Assembly (NCBI GenBank): GCA_038087875.1 | Contig: CM075988.1 | Location: 17,114,001-17,178,000, forward strand | From: Malacoraja senta | Taxonomy: Eukaryota | DNA length: 64,000 bases | Reading direction: 5' to 3' | Shown here: piece after piece, positions 1-13,817 of the stretch | Layout of the letters: the number at the start of each line of letters is the position of its first letter | Position numbering within the stretch: the first letter of the stretch is position 1 | Program-made: the position numbers and the translations under genes | The notes under the pieces: model-generated | What the model saw: the letters and a program-made list of their open reading frames with translations, nothing else | The model's database searches: none | What the model was told of the DNA's origin: nothing

Positions 1-523
1 TTCACTTTTTAGTTACCTAATTTTTAAAGTGTTAGACAATGGCATTCAATTTTCCTGTGAACTTGATAAGTTTAAAGGGAGCACAGGAAACAAAGCCCTG
101 TTGAGCCGAATGTTAGATCATTGAGATTTCCAAGCAATTGGATAGCAAATTATGAAAGTTTTACAAAGTTACCCTCCCAAGAGTAACTGGCCATGGAAGA
201 ATTTGTGACTTGAAATGATCAAGATCAAACACAGAATATTGTTTTGCAATGCATTTTAGTTCCAAATTGATGCAATATATTCTCCATAGATTTGAAACAA
301 AACCCTATATCTTTTGATATATTTCCTAACTTTTCAAATGGACATTTTATGTGTCACAGTGCACATTGCTAGGATCTAGTTTTATCTATTTCACAAACAT
401 AATCTCAATCATAACTAAAAGGAAAATTGTTAAGAGTAAATTTGACAAAGGGAATAAGTGGCATGATGGGGGTGAACGGATTTAGGGACATCAGTCTCGT
501 GCTAAACACTAATTAAAAATCAC

Positions 524-634
524 CTCTTTCTGACTTTCCGCTTCTTCATCAGACACCGGGAGGTTTTGAAGCTCAGGTTCAGTCCCCTCATCAACATGGT
601 CATGATCTGCATCCTCATCGACTTCAGCACTTTC
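524..634 (-). CDS. CEP164: Probable CEP164 exon (ESAEVDEDADHDHVDEGTEPELQNLPVSDEEAESQKE)
   Basis: Acceptor cattcag|GAA, donor GAG|gtgatt; 111 nt, phase 0, open, acidic, on the gene strand. The gene continues beyond the window start. Confidence 0.8.
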
Positions 635-3047
635 CTGAATGTTTAAGGAATTGTCAAGTGGTGACATCAATGGCGAGTAAAAAGATACAACTTTGTTAAC
701 TCTGGCTAAATGACTAACTTATCTCTAATGTCAAACCTGCATGGATTTGCAACTTTGTCCCACACCCTTAAGATGCATAATTAAGAGCAAAGCAATAACA
801 AGTTTAATTGCTGAAAAACATACCAATCAAAGAAACATTTACAGGGAATTACTGAGAAACCCTGCTTATAATCCAGTGAATACAATTGTGCCAAACTTAA
901 ATAGGCTTATTCCATCGACAATGGATGAAGACCGAAATCCAACTTATACTGTGAGAAATGTTGCCTTATTATTCTAGTAAGTAGTGAAAAATAAGTGAAA
1001 GAACACAAAAGAAAATTCATTCTATTGATTACTGTATCCAAGGAGCAGAGGAGGCCTTGCATTCAAATTGTATCACTCCGCTCAGCGATCTGCGACACCC
1101 AAAATGAACAATAGATGTTTTCATTCACCTTCCCTTGTAAATGAGGGAAATCTCTTGGAGCTCATGCATGCAAGGATTGTTCACTTAGGCTTAGCTCTAC
1201 ATTCTGAATGTTAGGTTGTGAAAAGTAAGTAGATGAAATTCACACACACCCTCAGCAAAGGCAGGCCCGATTGCAGAAAATATATAAAAGGCACTACAGT
1301 ATAAAGATTGATGAGTATTTTTCAAAAGCAATAAACACACCACATGATGGCTAGCTTTTGATAGTACTTTTGAACAGATTATAATGAACTGGTAATGCAT
1401 TTAAACAATCCTGATCAGAATAAATTCTTACAATTTTTTTGTTTTATTTTTTAGAATTACATAATGTAGAACAGTAGCAGGATAAAAGATCTTTTCCTCC
1501 TTCATGTTTCCATTGTTTTACTGACATCTGTTCATATGTTGTACCTCAATCGGTCAACAAAAACAATGGTAAAAATGAAGGCTAGAACATCCATCATCAG
1601 TAGTCAGGTTAGTGCTGTGCAAGCAGATTTATTTTAAAGGGTAGTTTTACATTAATTATTCAAGCCAGATTCAAATTGTACCAAATGACAACAATTTGGT
1701 AATTGAAATAAGTTTAGTTTTTCCATTTTTCTGAGAGCAAGACAAAAGTAGATGAGACAAATTTCTAACCAAGAGCAAAACAATGTACTACAAAAAGAAG
1801 AAACATTGGAAATCTAGAAGAAACTTTTAGGCTGAATGGTTGGAATGAGGAACCAGTCACGTGATAACTGAGGTGAATAACATAATAGCACATGACGGGA
1901 GCCAGATACAGGGAACAAATCGAGGCTTATGCAGAATGGGTTAGACAAAAGGCTCCAGCTTTTTTCCCTCTCCAGAAACCCACCTTGACCAAACCCCCCC
2001 ACCTCCCCCAGCCACCACACCACCCTCCCCTGCCCCCCCCCCCCCCCCCACTCCCCGGCAATCAGTTTGAAGAAGTGCCCTGACCTGAAACATCATCTAT
2101 CCATGTTCTCTACAGATGCTGTCTGACCCGCTGAGATGCTCCAGCACTTTGTGTTGTCTATCATATAGGACCAGTTACATTAAACGGTCTATTCCCTGCT
2201 GAACACTCCACGCAATCCTATGAAATAACTGTCGTAAACTAGAAAGATAATTCTTATTAAATCAAAATTACTTTTCCTTTGTTTACTTGCAATCAATGCC
2301 TTAACACTGGTTAGTGCAGAAAATGCAATATTACTGGCACAACTAAATCATTGACAAGTTATATTTTATAAACCACTAATGGTAAAAGATTTTGCTGAGT
2401 TCTTTCATTTTCTTTTTTTCTCACACATACACCTCAGATAATTACTAAACTGCTCAAGCAACCAGGAATTAATTTGGTGTTGCTTTTTGTGAATCCCAGA
2501 GGGGAAAATCTAATTACTGTTACCCGATTCGTTCTGCCAGCAGGGGTGGTATTTCATCTGTACCACAGCTGGAGAATATACTGGAGATACAATCTTTAAC
2601 CCTGTGAGTAGTAAGGCAATATTAAAAGTATCTACACACATGCCTCAAATAATATATAACGGCTGGAAATTAAAGAAGCAATTAGTGGCTTCACAGATCC
2701 CTATTCTACTCCAACAGTCAATGTTTCAGAATAAATGCAGAGGAAGTAAATGCTATTGTTGCCAGGTCATGCATAGAAAAATGCATCTCCTTTAAAATCA
2801 TTCTTGACATGGATACTCTCCCCAGCTGGAGACTTTATGATCTATTGTGACTCTTCCCATATGAGTGTCTGAAAACAGAAAGTCAATCACACTTAAAGGG
2901 AAGATACGAGCACCTTCACGTAGCTAAACGTACATGAACAACTGCGCATTCCCTTTGTCTGGCTGAGCAGAAAGCCTCTTCATTCTTTGCCTGCCTCTTC
3001 AACTTTACCCAAGGAATCTCATGTAATAAACACTCTACCCATGCTTG

Positions 3048-3342
3048 AATGGGCGACCGCGCCTTTGCGGTTGCAGCTCCTAGACTGTGGAACAGCATCC
3101 CTCTTCCCATTCAAACTGCCCCCTCCATCGACTCTTTTAAGTCGAGACTTAAAACTCATCTTTACTCTCAAGCCTTTCTTGACATCCTCTGAGGTAGGGC
3201 TATATGTATGTCTTTATGTATGTACTTAATCTATGAACCACTGTTGTATAACGTTAGTACCTCTACCAATGTAAAGCACTTTGGTCAACGAGAGTTGTTT
3301 TTTAAATGTGCTACAGAAATAAAAGTGACTTGACTTGACTTG
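3048..3342 (+). mobile_element. L2-clade LINE 3' fragment (same family as 53709-54431)
   Basis: ggcgaccgcgcctttgcggttgcagctcctagactgtggaacagcatccc...; gacttgacttga tail. Confidence 0.85.
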
Positions 3343-3476
3343 AATGTTTGCTCAAAAATAGTTTTTCAGCACATTCTTCTTGAAACCATCATGTGAAGGT
3401 ATGACAATATGTTCCACATGTATTGGTCACATCCAACTTGCTCACATTGTTGCTTCACGACCCATCTCTTGGTAGC

Positions 3477-3762
3477 TCCACCAGAGGTCATAGCCCCAGA
3501 ATTAAAGGGCTCTCTTTTAGAAAGGAAGTGAGGAGAAACTTCTTTAGTCAGAGGGTTGTTAATCTGGGGAACATTGCCACAGAGGGCTGTGGAGGCCGTC
3601 AGTGGATATCTTTAAGGCAGAAATAGACAAATTTTTGATTAGAATGGGTGTCATGGGTTATGGGGAGAAGGCAGGAAAATGGGATTAGGAAGCAGAGATC
3701 AGCCATGATTGAATGGCGGAGTAGCCTCGATGGACCAAATGACCTAATTCTTGTGAACTTGT
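3477..3762 (+). mobile_element. CR1 LINE 3' fragment
   Basis: TRGHS...RRNFFSQRVVNL and a 3' UTR like that of 13413-13560. Confidence 0.8.
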
Positions 3763-3849
3763 GAAAAGAGGCTAGAAATGTCATTGAGGAAAAGAGGGGC
3801 TTTGGTATAAAAAGCCAAAAATTCATGAAGGTAGCAAGGTAACAATCTT

Positions 3850-4460
3850 AGATAATGTTGTTAAGGAGATAGATGTAGGGGATGCTGCCTTTCCTTAGTC
3901 AGAGCATTAAGTACAAGAGCAGGGAAGTTATGCTCCAACTTTGTGAAACATTGCTTGGATCTCAGCTAGAGTAATTCACACAGATCTGATCACCACACAA
4001 TAGGAGAGATGTGATAGCACTGGAAAGGTGCAGAGATTCACTAGGATGGAGCACATTAGTTATGAACAATGAAGCATATGAGTTATGAGCAAAGACTAGT
4101 CTGTTATCCATGATGTGGTGGAGATTAAGAAGGGATATGTTTGAGATACTTAAAATTATGAGAGGTATAGATAGATAGGGTAGCCTGCAGGAATCTTTTC
4201 CCCTTATCAGATTTAACAATAAGTACTTGAGGACACTTATTGAGGGTAATGGACAAGAACCGTAGAGGGGATTTGCAAGGAACCTTTTTCATCCAGAGTG
4301 TCAGGTACCTGGAATGAACTGATTGAGAGAGTGGTGAAGGCAGAGTCGCTAACAGAATTTAAAACGTTGAAACTACAGCAGGTGCTGGATTCTTATGGAT
4401 GGGTGCACACAGGTCTGTGCAGGCATGGTGGGCTGAATGGCCTATTTCCATTATGTATGG
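3850..4460 (+). mobile_element. Old CR1 LINE fragment
   Basis: Degenerate ORF2 end (agtacaagagcagggaagttatgct, RG.MFE..KIMRG.DR). Confidence 0.65.
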
Positions 4461-4515
4461 GAAAGAACTGCAGATGCTGGTTTAAAGCGAAGGTAGACAC
4501 AAAATGCTGGAGTAA

Positions 4516-4825
4516 GTCTTAGTAGGTCGTGATGGTAGTCGTTGGTAGTCGTAGGTCGGCAACTGGCCCGAGAAAAAAAATGCAAACATGACATCAATTT
4601 ATCATGTGATCATTTTCCACTCATAGCTAGTCGTAGTTGGTCTTAGGTGTGGAAGACTGAGGTCGAGGGGGGTCGTAGGAGGTCGTAGACATAGTCGTAG
4701 GTCGTCATAGACATAGTCGTGGGAGGTCTTTTACTTCGGCGAGTCAACACGACCTTGACACTTTTTTCAACTCGTCTAGGATCCTCTAAACTCATGGATT
4801 AGGTCGTCCAAGTGGGACAGGCCCT
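4516..4825. mobile_element. Partial Harbinger-type MITE with internal gtcgtag repeats
   Basis: Right end AAGTGGGACAGGCCCT|TAA resembles the TIR of 55442-55661; left TIR not seen. Confidence 0.6.
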
Positions 4826-5214
4826 TAAACAAACTGACAACATCCAGATAAAGTAACAAAACCTGTGGTACAATCTAGTAGATAGCAGAAATAGCAAATA
4901 GTGAACTGAAACATATGGAGTCAGGCCTCAAGGAGGCAGAGGGATTGCTGGTATTGCCAGGCTTCCACTGATGTTAGGTTCATAGCTGGGATGGCAGATT
5001 TGCAGTTTCAATTCCTTTTTAAGAACAGAAAATAAGCGCATTGTTCCGAAGTCATAAACTGATAGCATCAAAATTAAATCACAGAACTGTCTCAAATCAA
5101 AGCTATTTATAAATGGGGCCCAGTGTGATATAAATATGTGATCTATTATTAAAAGCAACATAATGCTGGAATTGAATCAAACACAAGTTAGATTACAGTT
5201 ATGGGCAGCACACC

Positions 5215-5650
5215 AAAGGATGTGCCAACGTTAGAGAGGGTACAGAGGAGATGCAAGATGATATTGCTGCAGTTTGAGAACTGCTGTGAGGAGAGTAGGT
5301 AGGCTGGAGAGGACTTCTTTGGAATAAATGACTTGAGGGAGGATTTAATTGAAGTGCATAAAATGATGTGACATCTAATAGAATGGTCGGCATGAATCCT
5401 TTTCCTTTATCAGAAAGGTCAACACTCAGGGGCATGGATTTATGAGTGGTAGGATTAGAGAAGAATCGAGGAAGAAATGTCACCTATTGAATAGTGGGAA
5501 TCTGGAATTCATTGCCTGAGAGGATGGCGAGGCAGAAACTCTCATCACATGTAAAATAATGAGCAACCAAAGAACCATAATCAACAAGGTACAGACAAAA
5601 TCCTGGAAAATAGGATTCATTTAAATAGCACCTTTATTGGCTGGGATAGT
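5215..5650 (+). mobile_element. Old CR1 LINE fragment
   Basis: agagagggtacagaggagat, ttgagggaggatttaattgaagt, ggaatctggaattcattgcctga. Confidence 0.55.
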
Positions 5651-8600
5651 CATCTTGAATCAAAAGATCTTCTCTCAATACCATACATTCAAAAGCTAGC
5701 AATGATATTGATACATGGAAAAAATTCATTTGGAGTTATCACATCTATCCTCTCTTTCAATCATGATTCTAATCAATTAATACAGAAGGATATCCCAAGT
5801 ACTACAGTCTTTGGATTGGAGAAAAAGACCCAAGAAAGTAATCGCAGCTGCTGCCAAATATATATAAAATAGAAATAAGCAAGTTGGAGCCTCTGAGTTA
5901 TAGTTATTCAATGCCATTAATCTGATATCAGGGCTCAGATGATGGCCATCTGAGGCCTGATAAGATTTCCAAGCTTAAACATATGCCTCAAACATTGCTG
6001 ACATCTGATTACTCCCAACATTAATACTTAGCGACCAAACAGTGAGGGATATACAACCTTACAGGAACAATTTAATCATAACTGTTATTCTTATGGCATT
6101 TATATTATTTGATATCCATCAGTACACAACCGGACACTTGAACAATCGGGCACTCAAACACTTAAGAACGAAGGAGGCCACAGAAAGTGGAAGACATTGT
6201 CCAGTTTATCACGAGTACTTACCTCTACAAGGAGCTCTGCCTCAAGAAGTCGGCTAATATCATCAAAGACTCACAATACACTAACAACACTCTCAACTTG
6301 CTGCCAGAAGGTGGTACAGGAGCCTTAGAGCTATCAGTACAGGTTCAAGAACAACTTCTGCTCATCAATCATCAGATTCATGAACCACCCGACAGAAGTC
6401 TAACCATGAGCCCAGCTCAACCCTGCTGAACCACTACACACTTCACTCCACTACGGTTGATCTACATCATTTGTATTTTTGCACTACCACTGCCTGTTAG
6501 AATAACTGTTTGTTTGTTGTATATTCAATGAAGTTGCGTCTAATATGCCTGTTAAACTGCAGCAAGTAAGAATGTCATTGTTCAGGTTCATATCTGGTGC
6601 ATATGACAAATAAACACACACTCTCTCTCTCTCTCACATTGTTATCTACATGACAGCCATCTTCAGTGGAAGGGGTAAAAGAAAAATCAATTCCAATACA
6701 CTTCATGGCACACATTAAAAACATTGAAGCATTTAAATTACAGTTAAACCACTCATGCTTTGTTCTTGCTTACATCAACATTTAAAAGCCATTGCTCAAC
6801 AAACGTCTTAAATTATACATGTTGTGCACTGAATTCAGACATCAAATAGAACAATAAGCCACCAGTAACCATACTGGGCAATTGTCTTTCATATATCTCA
6901 CTATCATATTTTTCTGCAGGAAACAAATTTGAAGAAAACAATTGACACCAAAGTCAGTCAACAGACTCAATTGCAGAAATAAATTTAAAATTATAATGAC
7001 AATCCCTTTGAATATTAAATGCTTATTTCCATACTAATTTACATATTTAGTAATGTTAATTGTCTCTCATGTATAATGATTTCTTGCAAGCCTTTTTAGA
7101 ATTTATTAAAGTCAGAGGCTGTGCAATCATTAAGCCACTTTTTTTAGCACAGCTGAGGTGTGCTGTGAGATACCAGACTATTAGGCCCATTTTCCAATTC
7201 CCTCTTTCTCAGCAAACAACCATCTAGCCCACCATCACTCCTCTTTCAGATCTCTAACAATCATTCTTTGCCACAGACTAGAACCATGCAAGGTGCTGAG
7301 GGATGTATTAAAGCTAGGTACAGCTTCTACAAGGCCTTGATGGAGAAACACAGGTGTTCACAGTTCTTGCCAGTGGGTATTGAGGGGCTGGGCCCTGTGT
7401 AATAAATTCTTATGATTATCGCAGATGGAATGAAAAGAAGGCACTATGCTGATATAATGTAAATAGTGTAAGCGAATGTAAAGATATGATTAATGAGAGC
7501 AGATAAACTTTCATGATTAATGTTTGAAACAAAATGTAACCCTTCTTAACGAAGGTAGAGGCGCAATAAAAATCGCAAAAACCTAACAACTTAAATAAGA
7601 TACCGTGTGCCTTGAATTGGCCAATACACACAAGACATAGTCCAACTATTTTCTGCCTCTCACTACGTTAGACCTCTAACAATATTTAACAAGAGTCTAC
7701 GCAATGCTTGACTGGGTTGTGATTCAGAAGCATCAGAAATACAATTGAGATAATTACTTGTGGCACATAAATTATTTTATATCAAATAGTAATTAGGTTA
7801 TCTTAATTCTTGCATGATTCAGTAAAAACAAAATACTTTATGGAGTTTCAAAGCCAATTCTGTGCCGAGGAAACCATTGAAACATTAGCTGCATTATCAA
7901 TTGAAATGTCATATTTTAGCCAATGGAAGGATTCCAAATCTTGCGTTTTTTTGGTTGCAGCAGGTTTAAGAATCTCAGTGAGAGAACTGTAGGGAGATCA
8001 AAAATGATCCACGTCTGAAGACTGTGTTCAGAAGCCTCTACCTGCCTGAGGGAATATTCTAGTCCCTTACTTCAATACAAGGCAGAAGGAATGCTGCATT
8101 GTTGGAAATGTAATCTTGCAGATGAGACACTAAACTCCGCCACCATCTGCTTACTCAAATTGCAAAATTCAATCCAGCAATACTTTGACAGTGTTTTCCT
8201 GGCATCTGTCCGAGGTAACATCCTTTCTCAACAAACACCATCAAATAATTGACATTTATGAGTCTGCCATATGGAAACCAGCACATATTTACCCGAAAAC
8301 ATTAAAGTCGGCATCAAAAGTAATTAACCGATTAAGGGGGACTTTGGGTTATGCTGGCTGGATAAAATCACTGAGCAAATATTAATTTTCCTGAATGATA
8401 AATTCTTTACACCTGATTCTTGTAACCTTTAGTTTTACCCTCTATTAATGAAACCTTCCGTTGTCATCTCCAGAGTTGGCGTCCTAATGATCTGGCATTT
8501 TTCACCTATTATAAACTACAGTTTACCCACACCTCTACTGTGTGTAATAAATACAAGAACAGGTCACACATCACACCTTTGCTCGCTAATACTGGTCCAG

Positions 8601-8877
8601 GTCAACCAGTGCATCATACTTAAAATGTACATTTTTGATTAAACAGCTTCCATTTTTCTTTTGTTATGCATCTGAACTTCGACTGGTATTTTGTACACAG
8701 CCAGTGGCTGCGCAATACCCACCTGGGTACCACTGAATGGAACTCCCTTTCTAAATGAATTGGACTTTTTACCCCTCTCTTCTTTAATAAACTCCAAATG
8801 CACTTTTGGGTACAAGTTATTGATGAGCATTTTTAAACTCTCCTCTTTGGGTTTGCTGTTTGCTTTGCCTTTCATGT

Positions 8878-9165
8878 TCGTAAGTGATAGGAGCAGAATA
8901 AGGCCATTCGGCCCATCAAGTCACCTCCACCTTTCAATTATGGCTGATCTATGTCTCCTTCCTAACACCATTTTCCTATCTTCTCCCCATAACCCCTGAC
9001 ACCCGTACTAATCAAGAATATATCTATCTCTGCCTTAAAAAGTATCAATTGGCTTGGCCTCCAGCCTTCACTGGCAATGAACTCCACAGATTCACCACCC
9101 TCTGACTAAAGAAATCCCTCCTCATCTCCTGAAGGAACATCCTTTGATTCTGAAGCTATGACCTA
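8878..9165 (-). mobile_element. CR1 LINE 3' fragment
   Basis: Similar to the reverse complement of 3520-3750. Confidence 0.75.
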
Positions 9166-11614
9166 TTTTCTCTCGTATCACAGTAAAATGAATAATATTT
9201 TCTATCTTATTCATGTAAGATATAAGTGCCACCATATAGATTCAACATCCAATGAATTACTTGAACATAATGTTAGCCTCAAGTTAGTAATAGATATAAA
9301 TTCAGAAATAATTCATCCAACTCACTGATGGCTGTGGCTTTGTTCATTAACTTTTACTGCTATGAAGAGGATAGTAATATAGATTGCTCTGTCAGTGGGC
9401 ACTATTTGGTGTAGACCTGATTGAAGAGGTTTACCTGCTGTTTGCAGCATTTAATACAAGCTTCCAGTATTGAGGGGTTATCCACTGCATAAACTGTGTT
9501 GTACACAGAACATAACATAAGAAAATTAATACCACCAAACTCTGAAAACCTGCAGTATGATCCATTCCAAACAAACTACATTAAAACATATTGGATGCAG
9601 GTATTGGATATTATGGATATTGGATGTGGTTATTGGATGTGGTTTATCTGGACACTGCATCTGTTGTTATATACTCAGCAACATTCAAGTTTGCTGACAA
9701 GATATGATGAGTACACATTCGTAGCAGGAATCCTCAGTGTCACCATGACCACAACACCACACACATATGTAGTGCCTTTAATGCAGTAAGATCCCCTGGA
9801 TACAGCTGTGTGTAGGGTATTTTGCTTGGAGGGGGGGAGGGAGGATCAATACTGAGAAGGGGGATAGCATCAGTATAGCTTGTAAAAGTTAATGTCAGAG
9901 AGAGATATTGAAGACAATTTGTAACGTGGAAAGAGATGCTACAAGGACAGAGGCAGCCCTGATATCGCCAGTGGAGCTGGATAGACAGATATGTCTGATT
10001 TAAGAGCAGCGCAGTGCACCCAGGGGGGAAAGAGGCCCGGTATAAAACAAACACTTAAAAACTACATTTTCACTTTGTTACAAAGAAGTACTCTAATAAA
10101 TGCATTCCCAATTTTTCCTTCACTATTATACATTCCCACTGTCTGCTATTCCGGATACAACCACCTTTCATGATCAAAGCACAGCGAGGGAGAAAGAACA
10201 GAAAGTACACAAGGACAGAGGGAGGTAGGTGAATACCAGAAGTATCTTTCAAACATACTGAAGGGCCTTTTTAGATGGGAACACCTTGATGCCTCAAAGA
10301 ACTTATGATACAGACCTCAATTGGCAAATCAAAATCACCAAAATAGCAAGATAAAATAATGTATCTTAGAAGATGGTGTACACTTCTTAATTCCTGATGG
10401 GAACAATGACACACATATACTTAAATATAAAAAAATATCCACAGTGCTGAATAATCTGTGGCTACTATGAACAGATAGTATATAAAGTTGGAACTGACAA
10501 ACAAGGTAGCTACAACAAAACGCAACAAGAAGAGTCGGACATGGCAGTTATTAGCACAAAGTAAAGGGGATGAAGGTAAAATGACAACTGGCTTTGCTTG
10601 ACTCTACAACAAATGTATATTGATTATGATGGGACTTTGTTCTCTGTTTTATCTAAAAAGCTGCACAAACAACAGATGGCAAACTCTCAAAGCCGTAGGT
10701 TAGACAGTGCCCGATCTGAACAATGTTTCCCAGTTGTGTCCTACTGCCCTCTGCTGGAAGTTTTGGTCCAAAATTGTTTTCAGGGCAAGAGAGAATAATA
10801 AGCAATTGTAAGCAATCATGCGTTATCACATGGAACCATTCACACCTCGGCTAAAAGTCAGGGCTATTTCTGCCCCAATGAGCTTTACAACTTGTAGTGT
10901 TTTTTACTGAGCACAGCTTGGCTCATGGAGTGATGTAGTGAATAAGAAATCTTCTAGTTCTTGAGGGCATCTTTAAAAATCTGTTTTATTTACCCACAAT
11001 GAAGCTTTCACTTAACAATATCCATTTTCAGCTTCTCAACAGAAATGGAACTCTATATATAATCTTTTAAAGTTAATGAGTAGGTTTGATAATTACCCCC
11101 AGTGCATTTTGTCAGTAATCAGTTCCTAGGAAGCAAATAAAACTTGCAAACACAATATTACTAAATCAAGCTGACACGCAGATCCCATGCTGTCTCTGTC
11201 TGCTTCATCTTCTTTTAATGTATACAACTCCACTGCTCAGTACACATAACACACAAATAAAGCTAGTTTGCTTCTTTGAATGCAAAGCAAATTATTTTAG
11301 CACCAGATTCTTGCTGCCAAAGTAGTTTAATGGCTTGATACAATTTTCAGCATTCCACCTTCTAAAGTACAAAAACATATCAGAATTATCAGTATTTATT
11401 ATTTTAAAATGGCATTCCTTCCCATAAGTTGGAAATGGCTGTTTTGTGGATTTGCTGAGTTTTATAACTGAAGCTGGATTCATGTGGTTTAGTACACTAT
11501 TGGAATTGAAATAAATTATTAACTTAAAACACCGCCTGTCATTGGTTTCACATTATCGTTAATGTTGTATTCAGCCTTTGCAAATTCAGCATTTGTGATG
11601 CAGGTCTATACTGT

Positions 11615-12195
11615 GCCTGTTATAGAAGATCAAACTGTTGGAGAAACAGCAGATAAGGCAGCGTATGCAGTAGGAATCGGACAGATGATGTTTCGGGCAA
11701 GGAACCTTATTCAGATCGATGGAGTAGAGAGGAGATAGCTGGTGGAAAGTGGTAAGGGAAGGGGTGGGGAAAGAGCTAGCAAGTGATGGTGGGTTCAGCT
11801 GAAGAGGGGATAGTCGGCAGATGCGTCCGCTGGGGGAAAAGGATGGGGATGGAGCAGACCAAAGGGTGCAAATGGCAGAACCTGATAAGGTAGGAAAGTG
11901 GGGAGTGAAATATTGATCGAGAGGATAAGTATGATGGGGGGGGGGGGGGGGGGGGAGAAAAATTGGGAAAATGGGGTTGGGAGATGAGTGGATGGACGAG
12001 GTGGTTGACATTTGCCACGCATCTTCCCCTCATCTCTTTCAACTAGCTACCCATCTCTAGTCTCACCTTGAAGAAGGGTTCAGACCCATAAGGTTGACTG
12101 TTCATTTCCCTCCACAGAGGCTACCTGACCCATTGAATTCCTTCAGCAGTTTGTATTTTTTGTTCAAGATTCAGCATCTGCAGTCTCTCGCGTCT
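11615..12195. mobile_element. Older Penelope-terminal-repeat-derived element with inverted arms
   Basis: Degenerate versions of the same terminal motifs (gaagaagggtt...gaccc; cagcatctgcag) flanking a purine-rich tract. Confidence 0.55.
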
Positions 12196-12572
12196 CTATT
12201 ATGTAAGCAACTTGATTGAAAATTAGGTCACGGATTGGGAAAAGGTTAGAGAAAGCCATCGAGTCCTTCAACATATTGGAATGAGGGGAAATATCAGCAG
12301 CTATTGCAACATAATGTTTCAATATTTCAGATTCCCACGATCAACTATAATTTTGTTAAAGATTCCATACAGTCTGACCCTCCCTTGGGACTAAGGGGAT
12401 TTTGTGGACTTTGTACTTGGGCTACGACTTTAGAATGAATCTCATAAAATCTCAACCATAAAATAATTCCATGATTCCATAAAATAAAAATTAAATTTAA
12501 GACAATACAATCAGATTTTGATTTCTGATAGAGAGGTTGGGCTTCAAAAGGAAAACTGAAACATTGACTTAC

Positions 12573-12650
12573 CTCATACTCAAAACCAATACCAAGGGAT
12601 CCCACGTCTAAGTGGAGGTTTTTCATAAGCTGAGCAGTATTGGGACCACT
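12573..12650 (-). CDS. CEP164: CEP164 exon (SGPNTAQLMKNLHLDVGSLGIGFEYE)
   Basis: NLHLD.G.LG..FEYE signature; acceptor gttcccctag, donor GAG|gtaagt; 78 nt, phase 0. Confidence 0.93.
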
Positions 12651-12887
12651 CTAGGGGAACAAATTATTTAAAGAATTCTTTATTGATATGAAATTCTCAA
12701 AGAAATCAGCTAGCATCTTCTTTAACGGACTTTTCTTGGATATTAATAATAACACAAAACTAAGCAGCAATAGTCAAGATACCTTTCTTGAAATCTGAAG
12801 TTTGAAAGATGCTATTTTTGACCACAAATACCATCCCCAGACACATCAAGCCAAATTGCATTAATAATGTTTTTGATATTAACATTC

Positions 12888-13412
12888 AGGGTAGTGAGGG
12901 GAGCAGAGAAGATCATTGGCGTCTCCCTACCCTCGGTATAAGAACTGTTCCTGAGCCGCTGTCGGAAAAAAGCTCAGAGAATTGCTAAGGCAAACTGCAC
13001 CCCCTCCACATACACCTGGATCTCCTGCCATCAGGCAAGAGATATCGCAGCATCAAAGCCCGGACTACAAGACTTCTAAACAGCTTCCTGCCATATGCTG
13101 TGAGGCTGCTAAACAGCCACTCTGTACTCACAGTCACCTGATTCTGCGGCTTGGCACGGACACTATAATAACTGGCACTGGCCACTTCAATAACTGGCAC
13201 TGGCCACTCAAATCAGCCACGTTGTTTAACGTTGTTTTTATCTATTTTAACTTTATACTGTTCCATCAGGGACTGGATTGTTTTTAGTGTCATTATGTGT
13301 GAAATGTTTTAAACTTCATGTGTGATGCTCCGGTATTCCCTGGGAAACGTCTTTTCGTTTTGCACTGCACAACTGTTGCTTGCAAGATGACGATAAAGGA
13401 ATTGAATTGAAT
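12888..13412 (+). mobile_element. Rex1/Babar-like LINE 3' fragment
   Basis: AEKIIGVSLPSV...LLPSG.RYRSIKARTTRLLNSFLPYAVRLLN; (ttgaa)n tail. A more degraded relative lies at ~6170-6615. Confidence 0.7.
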
Positions 13413-13817
13413 TGAAACATAGAAACATAGAAATAGGTGCAGGAGTAGGCCATTCGGCCCTTCGAGCCTGCACCGCCATTCAATATGATCATGGCTGATC
13501 ATCCAACTCAGTATCCTGTACCTGCCTTCTCTCCATACCCCCTGATCCTTTAGCCACAAGGGCCACATCTAACTCCCTCTTAAATATAGCCAATGAACTA
13601 GCCTCAACTACCTTCTGTGGCAGAGAATTCCAGAGATTCACCACTCTCTGTGTGAAAAATGTTTTTCTCATCTTGGTCCTAAACGATTTCCCCCTTATCC
13701 TTAAACTGTGACCCCTTGTTCTGGACTTCCCCAACATCGGGAACAATCTTCCTGCATCTAGCCTGTCCAACCCCTTAAGAATTTTGTAAGTTTCTATAAG
13801 ATCCCCCCTCAATCTTC
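13413..13817 (-). mobile_element. CR1 LINE 3' fragment, young
   Basis: RGDLIETYKILKG...TRGHSLRI...FFTQRVVNLWNSLP; (gaaacata)n tail. Confidence 0.9.

Noticed and set aside
8639..8875. 78-aa Lys-rich minus-strand ORF as a possible CEP164 exon
   Set aside because: No convincing acceptor (it abuts a CR1 tail), no recognisable homology, and it ends in a stop.
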